A DNA stretch of 24,000 bases from Desulfonatronovibrio magnus (lineage in GTDB: Bacteria; Desulfobacterota; Desulfovibrionia; Desulfovibrionales; Desulfonatronovibrionaceae), in NCBI RefSeq assembly GCF_000934755.1, contig NZ_KN882175.1, positions 456-24,455 of the forward strand, written 5' to 3'. The translations under genes and the position numbers were made by a program. The stretch's first letter is position 1; each line of letters starts with the position of its first letter. Positions 1 to 7,989 of the stretch are shown here, one piece after another. Under the pieces are notes generated by a model, which ran no database searches, was not told the origin of the DNA, and saw only the letters and a list, made by a program, of their open reading frames with translations.

Positions 1-1889
1 ATGGCGTAGGATGTCACAGCTATGATAGGAATCTCTTCAGCATTGGCAATTTTATCAGAATTACGAATCTCATGTGTGGCTTCTACTCCATTCATAACCG
101 GCATCTGAACATCCATGAGAACACAGTCAAAAGTATCATTTTCAAGGCATTGAACCGCATCTTTGCCATTCTCAACACTCTTGACAATACACCCGAGTCT
201 TTTGAGCATCTTTTCCACGAGAAGCCTGTTTATTCTATCATCCTCTGCCAGTAAAATTCTCGGAGCTGCAAGTGACTTTTGACCGGAAACCTCTGCTTCA
301 TCCAAGGCTTGAACATCACTTCCACGAGCAACACTGAAGGATATTTTGACGTATACCGAACTGCCGGCATTATCTTCTGATTCAATGGAAAGGTTGCCGT
401 TCATAGCCTGAAGCAGTCTTTTGACAATGCTCAATCCAAGCCCTACTCCCTCATAATCTTTGGTATATGAAGAGTCAGCCTGAGTAAATGGTTCAAACGC
501 CTTTTCCAGAATTTTGTCAGGGATACCAATACCTGTATCACTAACGATAAACAAGAGGTCAACCTTTTCTTCATCCTGTTGGAGACGATGCACATCAATC
601 CTGACACTGCCTTTGGAAGTAAACTTCAAAGCATTGCCCACAAGATTCAAAAAAATTTGTGAAACCCTCTTGCTGTCACCCTTGAGCATGTGAGGGACTT
701 TTTTATCAATATTCAAATTAAATGAAATATCCTTGATACTGGCCTCATGCAAAAAGGCTTCGTATACTCCGCGCAATAACTCTGCGAGATCAAATGTTTC
801 ATGGGATATTCTCATCCTGCCTGATTCAAATCGTGAAATGTCGAGAATATCACTAAGTAATTTAGTCAGCCTGCGTCCAGATGACAATGCATTGTGGATA
901 TACTCAGTCTGCTCCTCGTCAAGGGGGGTTGTTTCCACAAGCTGCAGCATTCCCAGAATTCCATTCAGGGGAGTTCTTATTTCATGACTCATATTGGCAA
1001 GAAACTCACTTTTGATCTTACTCGCTTCCTCAGCCTTCTGAGCCATTTCTCTGGAATAAACCAGGGCCTTTTCCAGTTGCGTGTTAATTTCTTCAACTTC
1101 GGCCCTGGTCTTGTCAGCCTGATGCTTGGCTTTTAACAGGTCGTTGCGATCCTGAATGCGCTGCGTTATATCTCTAAATATAACTGCAACGTAATTCTTC
1201 ATGGTAGAATAGGCAGAAACCTCAAAATATTTATCAAACTGTACGCTGTAACCATCAAACTGATCCTGTTCTCCTGTCAGGGCTACTCTGCCGAATCTTT
1301 CAATCCAGAATTTTTCGATTCTGGGAAACAAATCAAGAATTCTTTTACCAACAACATCAGCAGCAGAAAAATCAATGATTTTTTCAGCTGACTCATTAGC
1401 TGAAAGAACTTCAAGGTCAACAGGTTGTCCGTTCTGGTCACAAATTACTTTGCTAAAAAAGTAACCTTCAAACATCTTTGCAAAAATGGACTTGTAGGCA
1501 ATGCGCGCTTTCTGCTCTTCTGTAACGTCCCTGAAGATACACAATACACTTGCTACTTCATCCCCTTGAAATTCAGGAATAATCCTCCAGTTAAAAATCA
1601 GCTTTTTATCTAACCATGTAAAGGCAAAGCTAGTTTCGCGACTCTTGGCAGTTTCAAAAACCTGTTTAATTTGACTTTCCAGAAACACAATCTGATCAGA
1701 CTGCAAGCCAAGATCACTGAAGGTCTTGCCAAGAATCTCATCAATACTCATATGCAGATACTTTTCTATAGCAGGGCTTATATAAATATGCCTGCAATCC
1801 TTATCCAAACGGGCAATAACATCTGGAAGGTGGCTGATTAGCGACCTGCAATGATCACAACCATTATTGTTTTCCTGATTTTGATGCAT
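1..1889 (-). CDS. hybrid sensor histidine kinase/response regulator (PAS-PAS-HisKA-HATPase_c-REC); the 3' end (receiver domain) runs off the window
   Basis: Absent from the ORF track because there is no stop inside the window. My translation of the minus strand from ATG 1889..1887 stays open to base 1 (MHQNQENNNGCDHCRSLISHLPDVIARLD...). It has an H-box FLANMSHEIRTPLNGILGMLQL and ATP-lid boxes VSDTGIGIP and GVGLGLSIVKRLL. A receiver follows: RILLAEDDRINRLLVEKMLKRLG...FDCVLMDVQMPVMNGVEATHEIR. Confidence 0.9.
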   Translation of the reverse strand, partial: MHQNQENNNGCDHCRSLISHLPDVIARLDKDCRHIYISPAIEKYLHMSIDEILGKTFSDLGLQSDQIVFLESQIKQVFETAKSRETSFAFTWLDKKLIFNWRIIPEFQGDEVASVLCIFRDVTEEQKARIAYKSIFAKMFEGYFFSKVICDQNGQPVDLEVLSANESAEKIIDFSAADVVGKRILDLFPRIEKFWIERFGRVALTGEQDQFDGYSVQFDKYFEVSAYSTMKNYVAVIFRDITQRIQDRNDLLKAKHQADKTRAEVEEINTQLEKALVYSREMAQKAEEASKIKSEFLANMSHEIRTPLNGILGMLQLVETTPLDEEQTEYIHNALSSGRRLTKLLSDILDISRFESGRMRISHETFDLAELLRGVYEAFLHEASIKDISFNLNIDKKVPHMLKGDSKRVSQIFLNLVGNALKFTSKGSVRIDVHRLQQDEEKVDLLFIVSDTGIGIPDKILEKAFEPFTQADSSYTKDYEGVGLGLSIVKRLLQAMNGNLSIESEDNAGSSVYVKISFSVARGSDVQALDEAEVSGQKSLAAPRILLAEDDRINRLLVEKMLKRLGCIVKSVENGKDAVQCLENDTFDCVLMDVQMPVMNGVEATHEIRNSDKIANAEEIPIIAVTSYA

Positions 1890-1900
1890 ACATATCCCCA

Positions 1901-1944
1901 ACTTGAGAGTTCAAAGTTCCTGGTCCTTCGTTCCTGTTTGCAAG
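1901..1944 (+). repeat. 44-45 bp dispersed intergenic repeat module, copy a (ACTTGAGAGTTCAARGTYCCTGGT..TTCGTTC.TG.TTG.AAG)
   Basis: Aligns almost base for base with 15781..15825 in the same orientation. It lies in the divergent intergenic region 12 nt upstream of the kinase start codon. Confidence 0.7.
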
Positions 1945-2135
1945 AAACAATTAATATCTTATCTTTGTCATTTTGACTACAAAAATTCACCATCAGTTTT
2001 TGCAGTTTGCAACTCATGGTCAAAGTCGATAAAGTAGTGAGCGCCGAAAGCACTTGGCACTCGAAAGTTTGATCCTGAGCCGCCCGAATGCAGCTCTTTT
2101 CACTTTCAATTTCTCCTAAGGATGCGACATTTATC

Positions 2136-3626
2136 ATGAAAAACTACTCTTTAGAATTAATAGTTTTCACATCAGGGGCTGTAGTTATGATCCTGGAACT
2201 GGTTGGGGCCCGAATTATGGCTCCATACTTGGGGACTTCAATTATTGTCTGGACAGGATTGATAGGTATAGTCCTGGCAAGCTTGAGCGTGGGGTATGCC
2301 GTGGGTGGAAAGTTTGCAGACCAGGGCCCTACCATGGGCAGACTGTCCATTATAATACTTTCTTCAGGACTTTTGATTGCCTTCTGTACTATGATTCACA
2401 GGCCTGTACTCTCTTTTCTCCTTGACTCAGGTGCGGGCATTTATATGAATGTGATTCTGGCCACCACAATTTTGTTTGGACCACCAAGTATTGGACTGGG
2501 AATGATCACTCCATATGCTGTGAAAATGAGGATCAAAAGTTTAGAAACATCCGGGTCAGCAGTTGGTCGCATGTATGCACTATCTACTATAGGCAGCATC
2601 ATAGGAACCTTTCTTTCAGGGTTTGTACTTGTGGCCTTTTTTGCCAGTACAAGCATTTTGTTTTTTCTTGCTATGGTCATGGGTCTTCTTTCTTTACTTG
2701 CAGCAATTAAACCTGCTGCCTGGGCCAAGCTTGCTCTCATGCTTGTTGGTGCTCTGGGCATAGCAACTGTTACATCTTACCGCAGCCTGGCTCAGGAACA
2801 GGGCTTCTATGATTATGATTCGCGTTATAGCCGGATACAAATCTTTCAAGGTTATGAACAGGATTCAGGCAGAATGGTAAGGGTTGCAACCACCAGCCCC
2901 AACAGATTTCAATCTGCAATGTATGTTGATGATCCAACCGAGCTTATCCTTGAGTACACCAAATACTTCAAGCTCATTGAGCACTTCAATCCAGATATTC
3001 AAATATCTCTAATGCTTGGTGGCGGAGCCTACTCATTTCCCAAATATTACCTGGCTTCATTGCCCAATGCTGAAATTGATGTTGTTGAGCTTGACCCTCT
3101 CTTCACCAGTCTGGCCAAAAAACACTTTAAATTGAACGAAAACCCAAGAATGCGCACCATTCATATGGACGCCAGGTCTTTTCTCAACACCGCTCAAGAA
3201 AAGTACGACGCAATCATATCCGACGTTTTCAGCAGCTCGTACTACATCCCGTTTCAAATGACCACCATTGAGGCGGTAAAACATATGTATCGGCTTCTAA
3301 CACCTGGATCAGTGGTCCTTATGAACATAATATCACCTGTTGAAGGTCCCAACAGCCGTTTCTTTCAGGCCCAATACCAGACCTTTGCCGAAATCTTTCC
3401 GCAGACAATGGCTTTTCTTGTGGACAGCCATAAAAATCCTGAAAGTAACCAGAATATTATTATTGCAGCGTTTAAATCTTCTGATCCGGTAAGTCTGGAA
3501 AGTACTGATCCAGAAATTGACAGGATGCTTCAGAATGTATGGGCTGGAGATTTTGAACATTCACTTCCTGTTTTAACGGATAACTTTGCTCCTGTTGACA
3601 GGTATCTTATTCCGGTTATTAACTGA
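2136..3626 (+). CDS. fused polytopic membrane domain / spermidine-synthase-like (class I methyltransferase fold) protein
   Basis: ORF track gives 2088..3626. I prefer the internal ATG at 2136 (MKNYSLELIVF...), which has taaggat about 13 nt upstream; 2088-2135 lies in the divergent promoter region. The N-terminal ~220 aa are hydrophobic helices (IVFTSGAVVMILELVGARIMAPYLG, IVWTGLIGIVLASLSVGYAVGG, ILFFLAMVMGLLSLLAAI). The C-terminal half has a SAM-fold-like pattern (LMLGGGAYSFP, IDVVELDP, YDAIISDVF). Confidence 0.8.
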   Translation: MKNYSLELIVFTSGAVVMILELVGARIMAPYLGTSIIVWTGLIGIVLASLSVGYAVGGKFADQGPTMGRLSIIILSSGLLIAFCTMIHRPVLSFLLDSGAGIYMNVILATTILFGPPSIGLGMITPYAVKMRIKSLETSGSAVGRMYALSTIGSIIGTFLSGFVLVAFFASTSILFFLAMVMGLLSLLAAIKPAAWAKLALMLVGALGIATVTSYRSLAQEQGFYDYDSRYSRIQIFQGYEQDSGRMVRVATTSPNRFQSAMYVDDPTELILEYTKYFKLIEHFNPDIQISLMLGGGAYSFPKYYLASLPNAEIDVVELDPLFTSLAKKHFKLNENPRMRTIHMDARSFLNTAQEKYDAIISDVFSSSYYIPFQMTTIEAVKHMYRLLTPGSVVLMNIISPVEGPNSRFFQAQYQTFAEIFPQTMAFLVDSHKNPESNQNIIIAAFKSSDPVSLESTDPEIDRMLQNVWAGDFEHSLPVLTDNFAPVDRYLIPVIN

Positions 3627-3800
3627 ATGATAATTTTTTTACCTGAATTTATCAGTGAGGAACGCTTTGTCCTGATTGGGCGATCCATTCAAGGGCGGCT
3701 TATGGTTATCGTCCATACTGACAGAGGGGAACGAATACGAATCATCAGCTCCAGATTGGCTACAAACAACGAGAAGGGAAGATATGAAGAGAATGAATAG
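3627..3800 (+). pseudogene. BrnT-family (DUF497/COG2929) toxin, C-terminal half only
   Basis: A 57-codon ORF, below the ORF-track cutoff, starts 1 nt after the upstream stop: MIIFLPEFISEERFVLIGRSIQGRLMVIVHTDRGERIRIISSRLATNNEKGRYEENE*. The segment ERF.LIG...GRL..VVHT.RGE.IRIIS.R.AT..E...YE matches the conserved C-terminal core of BrnT-type toxins. The N-terminal F.WD..K...N..KHG.. half is absent. Confidence 0.6.
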
Positions 3801-3852
3801 TGAATCAGTCAACGAGGCTCCGAGGACTGACAGCAATCATAAAAAGGCATAA
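3784..3852 (+). pseudogene. possible BrnA-like antitoxin N-terminal stub (22 aa)
   Basis: ATG 3784 overlaps the end of the BrnT stub, the usual toxin-antitoxin coupling. The product MKRMNSESVNEAPRTDSNHKKA* resembles only the unstructured N-terminus of BrnA-type antitoxins. No ribbon-helix-helix part is present. Confidence 0.25.
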
Positions 3853-4246
3853 AAGGGCCGAAGCAGGGCATGGAGAGCACTCATCAACTCTTCATGCCAG
3901 GGTTATGTAACTGGTTTCCATCCGGAAATTTATTATTTCCGGATGCTGAACTGATTGTTTTCTTTCCGGAAACAGGTTTTTTTTTGCAGTCACATCCTCA
4001 ATGCTGGAGGGTTTGGCCTTGAGCCATCAGGAACATTTTAATGAGATACGCACCAGATATGGTGGGGTTAGCCTGCAAAAACATGATCTGACTCTTAAGA
4101 CTGCCTGGCAGGCTACCCACAGGATTGAGAGAATAACGTACCTGCTTGATGATTATGTTTTATTGCGCCTACCTAAAAAGGAGACAGAAGCGTGACTGTC
4201 ATCCAATATAAAAATACAGCAAACCCATCTTTTGTCCTGAATAAAA

Positions 4247-6043
4247 TTATGAGCCAGAGTAGATTAACCCCAGACGATACTCAGTTCCATGAAGACCAAT
4301 GCTGGTCCAGATGATCTTTTTTTCTACGATTTGATCCATATATGCGTCCATAAACCGATATTCACCCTTACCTTCAGGCTCTTTGACCATTTTACGGGCA
4401 ACCTTTATAACTGATGGAAAATCTTCATACATTGGATCATAAAAAGCATTTTTGCCGATTTCCTCTTCATTTATCTCGTATATAATTGTGCCGTCTGTCT
4501 GAAGGACAAGCATTTCAACAGGAAAATTATATACCTTCTGTTCAATAACGCTGGCAAAAAATTCAGGTTTCAGAAGGATACTCACTGATCCAATAAATTC
4601 ATTGTCAGAATCAAAAACAGGATACTCCAGATCAATGCTTACAAAACCTTCAACCATTGGAATAGCCTGACTTAATACCGGTTTCTGTGTCTCGTGCAAA
4701 CGAATAATCTGTTCCTGATTGCTTATGTCTTTCCCAATAACTTCCTCGTAAATATCAGGAGCTACATTTTTGATGATTCCCTTTCTGTCTACACTGACCG
4801 AGTTAAAGGCGTATGGATTCTCGCTGTATAAGTTTTGAAGTATTTTTGAAGCTTCCGGTCCGGTAAGACCAGTATGAGAAAGTTTTTTTGCAGCTTTTGC
4901 AATGTTCTTATCCATTTGGGCAAGGATAGATGTTAATTCTTCCTCAGCTGACTTCAAAAGCATGGGAAACTGAAAATCAGCTACCTTAAATTTACCTTCA
5001 GCTATTTCTTTATAAAGATAAGGATATGAAGCATCACCCTGAGCATTAAATTCTACCCTGCCCAATGCACCTGTAAATATCTTCCCTTCATACCAGCGAA
5101 ATAGCTCATCAGGTCTCGAAAGACCATTTTCCATGGCCTGAGACAGAGTTGTTATGGCATCAAATGCTTCAACACCAAAGAAACCGGGTATTTCCTGATG
5201 TAGTGCTTCAAAGTCAGCTATGAAGCTGTGATCTAAATTGTAGGATGGATAAGTATAGACAAGACCATTTGTAAACTCTGGTTCATTTAAGAGCTCTGAT
5301 CTCTCTATAGGACGTGTCCCCACGAGCTGTGAGTTAATCCCGGACAGACGGGCCTTCTTTGCAATTTCAGCTGCCTCACCGGCACTGATAAGGACTAAAG
5401 CATCCGGACTGCTGTTATATATATCCTTAAGTTTTGTTCTGATGTCTAATTGTTGAGGATCGTACACATGGTCAGCAACTATTCGGTCTGGGAATCTGTT
5501 TTTAAGCATTTCAATCCAGCTTTTTCCCAGATTATTGTCCATTCCCATAACAGCGATACGTTCAAAAGATTCAAGGTACTCATTTAGTTGACGCTGCTCC
5601 TGTACGGCATCAAGGGTAAACCTCACTGTCCTGTTTTCAGCTTTACGATCAAGAGCGGCACTTCCAATGGCTATATGGAATATATTCTCTTCAGCCGCCA
5701 GGGGGTGAATTGCATCTGAAGCCCAGCTTGAACAGGAGATGACAGTGTGAAGTTTGTCCTCAAAGCGGATTAGTTCCTGGAAAACGTTGACAGCACTTTG
5801 TTTGTCAGCACCACCATCTTTAAAAACAAGTTCATAAAGTTGATTATATTTTTCAGCGCCAATCATGATTGCTTTTTGTTGCTCCAAAGCAATGTCAGAA
5901 AATGCTGATGAAAAAGGCAGTATGACCCCGATAACAGGTTTACCGGAATTATCATTTTTGTCCTGGGCAAGTATCACGCCAGGATTAAATGAGTATAATT
6001 GTAAAGCAAAAATAATTGTCAACAGGTATGTTACTTTTGGCAT
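4247..6043 (-). CDS. secreted type-1 periplasmic binding protein (LivK/amino-acid-binding-like) fused to a C-terminal Cache/PDC-like domain; no transmitter domain
   Basis: 598-aa ORF with ATG 6043 preceded by GGAGGG-tagga. There is an N-terminal signal-like segment MPKVTYLLTIIFALQLYSFNPGVILAQ. The PBP1-like core includes KPVIGVILPFSSAFSDIALEQQKAI...VFKDGGADKQSAVNVFQELI. The last ~220 aa resemble Cache/PDC sensor modules (NSVSVDRKGIIKNVAPDIYEEVIGKDIS...VSIDLEYPVFDSDNEFIGSVSILLKPEFF). No TM helix or kinase/MCP/GGDEF output follows. Confidence 0.7.
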   Translation of the reverse strand: MPKVTYLLTIIFALQLYSFNPGVILAQDKNDNSGKPVIGVILPFSSAFSDIALEQQKAIMIGAEKYNQLYELVFKDGGADKQSAVNVFQELIRFEDKLHTVISCSSWASDAIHPLAAEENIFHIAIGSAALDRKAENRTVRFTLDAVQEQRQLNEYLESFERIAVMGMDNNLGKSWIEMLKNRFPDRIVADHVYDPQQLDIRTKLKDIYNSSPDALVLISAGEAAEIAKKARLSGINSQLVGTRPIERSELLNEPEFTNGLVYTYPSYNLDHSFIADFEALHQEIPGFFGVEAFDAITTLSQAMENGLSRPDELFRWYEGKIFTGALGRVEFNAQGDASYPYLYKEIAEGKFKVADFQFPMLLKSAEEELTSILAQMDKNIAKAAKKLSHTGLTGPEASKILQNLYSENPYAFNSVSVDRKGIIKNVAPDIYEEVIGKDISNQEQIIRLHETQKPVLSQAIPMVEGFVSIDLEYPVFDSDNEFIGSVSILLKPEFFASVIEQKVYNFPVEMLVLQTDGTIIYEINEEEIGKNAFYDPMYEDFPSVIKVARKMVKEPEGKGEYRFMDAYMDQIVEKKIIWTSIGLHGTEYRLGLIYSGS

Positions 6044-6129
6044 TCCTACCCTCCTGAATATGAATGATTGATTCTGATAAACAATTGAATTTATTAGTTT
6101 GCCGTATGAACTTTTTTTGTCGGGGTTTC

Positions 6130-6157
6130 ATTTAAAGCTATTATCTCTTATATGCAA
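6130..6157 (-). promoter_or_regulatory. candidate sigma70-type promoter for the PBP-Cache gene
   Basis: The minus strand reads TTGCAT-N16-TTAAAT (TTGCAT = complement of 6152-6157; TTAAAT = complement of 6130-6135), about 85 nt upstream of ATG 6043. This is a pattern match only. Confidence 0.25.
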
Positions 6158-6396
6158 CCATAACCTTAACCCCAGCTTCCGCATGTTTAGTCGAAATTCT
6201 ATGTTATTTCAAAATGTTATCTTATTTCAGGCTTATTTTTTCGGCACTACTTTTGTGGCGATGTAAGAATATCGGAACACGGATACGATGAACTGGTAGA
6301 AGATGGGCTGAATGTCAGAGAAGTACTCGGTAGCAACCTTACATAAAGAACCTTTTAAACATCAAGCTCAGACGATCAGGTCTTCATGAGCGTGAA

Positions 6397-6510
6397 TACG
6401 GGCCTGCCTTTTTCGCTTGTAATCCCCACCAAAAAATGGTTACTTGACCGGAATTTGATTAAACAGGGACTTTTCAAGGCTTTTCTGATAATACCCAGGG
6501 AACAGGCTGG
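6397..6510 (+). repeat. ~113-bp imperfect direct repeat, copy 1 (left of fic)
   Basis: Aligns with 7990..8102: ..GGGCCTG.CTTTTT..CTTGTAATCC......AAAATGGTTACTTGACC.GAATTTGATT.AA.AGGG.CTTTT..AAGGCTTTTCTGATAATA.CCAGGGAACAGG. By eye the match is roughly 85% with 2-3 small indels. Confidence 0.8.
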
Positions 6511-6586
6511 GGGCAAGCCATTGGCTAATTGAGAATAATGAAATGATGGTTAAAGAAAACAACTTGCCGTACAGAGGGAAAAAGTC

Positions 6587-7654
6587 ATGACGACCCTGCG
6601 GCTATTTTCCAGCAGGTTCGATTCCGTGCCGGCAGCCACATCCTGGTATTTGGCGGACCTTGGCGAGGCACGGGGCAAACAGGAATTATTTTCCCGCCAA
6701 TCGCCCCAGCGTCTCAAGGCTCTGCGGGAGCACGCCCTCGTTGAAAGCGCGGTGTCGTCCAACCGGATTGAAGGCGTTGAAGTCGATCAATCTCGTATTA
6801 CCACCATCGTTTTCGGCCAGCCTCTTCTGAAGCACCGTGATGAGGAAGAAGTCCGGGGATACAGACAGGCCTTGACCTGGATTCATGATCAAGGCTTAAA
6901 AATCCCTGTATCCGAAGAAACGATTCTTCAGTTCCACCGTATGACACGCGGTGAGATCTGGGATGCCGGAAAATACAAGGAGAAAGACGGCGATATTATC
7001 GAAAAGTATCAGGATGGCCGGTCACGGGTCCGCTTCAGAACTGTTTCAGCCAAGGTTACACCGAGTTACATGAAGGAGATGATCGGATTGTACGAAGATG
7101 CCATCGGTGATCGTATAGTTCCAGGGTTTGTCCTTCTGGCTGCCTTCAACCTTGATTTTTTGTGCATCAACCCCTTTCGTGACGGCAACGGTCGTGTTTC
7201 AAGGCTGCTCTTGCTTCTGCAGTGTTACCATTTGGGTTTAGAGGTAGGACGGTATATCAGTCTGGAGCGCCTCATCGAACAGAACAAGGAACGATATTAC
7301 GAGACCCTGGAGCAAAGTTCCCAGGGCTGGCATGAAGGCAAACACGACCCCTGGCCATACATCAATTTCATTCTTTCCATCATCAGGACGGCCTGTCTTG
7401 AATTTGAGCAGCGTATCGGGCGAATGCAGAGTCCCAAGGGCGAAAAAACAAGACTCGTATTACACGCTATCAACAACATATCTGGTTCTTTCAGTGTGGC
7501 CGAACTCCAAAACAAGTGCCCCAACGTTAGCGTGGATATGATCCGGCGCATTCTCAAAAATCTTCGGGCCAGGGATCAGGTTAAATGTCTAGGCCGCGGC
7601 CAGAACGCCCGGTGGGAAAAAACCGCCAAGTGGGAATTGGGTAATGTCCAATGA
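6587..7654 (+). CDS. Fic-family protein (Fic_N with inhibitory-helix motif, Fic core, C-terminal winged-helix) with a degenerate active-site motif NPFRDGNGR
   Basis: 355-aa ORF with GAGGG 9-13 nt upstream of the ATG. The N-terminal motif SSNRIEGV fits the (S/T)xxxE(G/N) inhibitory helix. The core reads FLCINPFRDGNGRVSRLLLLLQCY, against canonical HPFx(D/E)GNGRxxR. The C-terminal FSVAELQNKCPNVSVDMIRRILKNLRARDQVKCLGRGQNARWEK looks like a wHTH. Confidence 0.9.
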   Translation: MTTLRLFSSRFDSVPAATSWYLADLGEARGKQELFSRQSPQRLKALREHALVESAVSSNRIEGVEVDQSRITTIVFGQPLLKHRDEEEVRGYRQALTWIHDQGLKIPVSEETILQFHRMTRGEIWDAGKYKEKDGDIIEKYQDGRSRVRFRTVSAKVTPSYMKEMIGLYEDAIGDRIVPGFVLLAAFNLDFLCINPFRDGNGRVSRLLLLLQCYHLGLEVGRYISLERLIEQNKERYYETLEQSSQGWHEGKHDPWPYINFILSIIRTACLEFEQRIGRMQSPKGEKTRLVLHAINNISGSFSVAELQNKCPNVSVDMIRRILKNLRARDQVKCLGRGQNARWEKTAKWELGNVQ

Positions 7655-7681
7655 ATTGGGTAACGCATTGGGTAATTTTAG

Positions 7682-7938
7682 GGATTTTCTGTTGCCAACC
7701 TCAAGAATTTCAGACAGTTCTTCCTTACGTTTCCAGATTTGGGAAAAGGCTACACGTTGCGTAGCGAATTGGGTTGGTCCCATTACCGGCTCATAATGCG
7801 GGTTCCTGATCCTGAATCGACAGAGAACAGTTCCTTGCTGCCAAATATCTGCGAGTCCTGCCCAGTGAGGATGAGCTGGCACGGGAACTGGATGCCAGAC
7901 ATGTGTTTAAGGTCAATAGGGAAGGAGGAAAAGAATGA
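7682..7938 (+). pseudogene. DUF1016/YhcG-type PD-(D/E)xK nuclease remnant: N- and C-terminal pieces joined, central ~250 aa missing, frameshifted
   Basis: Frame 2 reads GFSVANLKNFRQFFLTFPDLGKGYTLRSELGWSHYRLIMRVPDPE, the conserved N-terminal signature of YhcG/DUF1016 proteins. After ~7815 homology continues in frame 1 as EQFLAAKYLRVLPSEDELARELDARHVFKVNREGGKE*, the typical ..KY.L.LPseeEL..EL C-terminus. The nuclease core between them is absent. Confidence 0.6.
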
Positions 7939-7989
7939 GAGCAGAGCCGGGCTAACCTGCATTCCTGCCGCGACCCTGGCTGCATAGAT

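Noticed and set aside
1838-2137. 99-aa track ORF on the minus strand.
   Set aside because: It overlaps the true kinase start, the 45-bp repeat and the start of the opposite-strand gene. Its composition is low-complexity and it has no recognisable motif.
4001-4195. 64-aa ORF (MLEGLALSHQEHFNEIRTRYGG...) between convergent genes.
   Set aside because: It has no RBS and no motif I recognise, and it lies in a region of hairpins (TCCGGAAAT-ttatt-ATTTCCGGA at 3921-3943, T9 run at 3977-3985). It may be a gene fragment, but I cannot support a call.
6611-6625. tRNA T-arm-like string GCAGGTTCGATTCCG, repeated exactly at 17863-17877. Possible tRNA 3' fragments or integration att scars.
   Set aside because: Neither site folds into a cloverleaf, because the 3' T-stem complement CCTGC is missing or interrupted. 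The first copy lies inside the conserved N-terminus of the Fic ORF. A single 15-nt exact match on either strand within 24 kb is roughly what chance predicts. At 17844-17881 the sequence is better explained by two adjacent hairpins (CCTGCGA..TCGCAGG and GGTTCG..CGAACC) downstream of the kinase operon.
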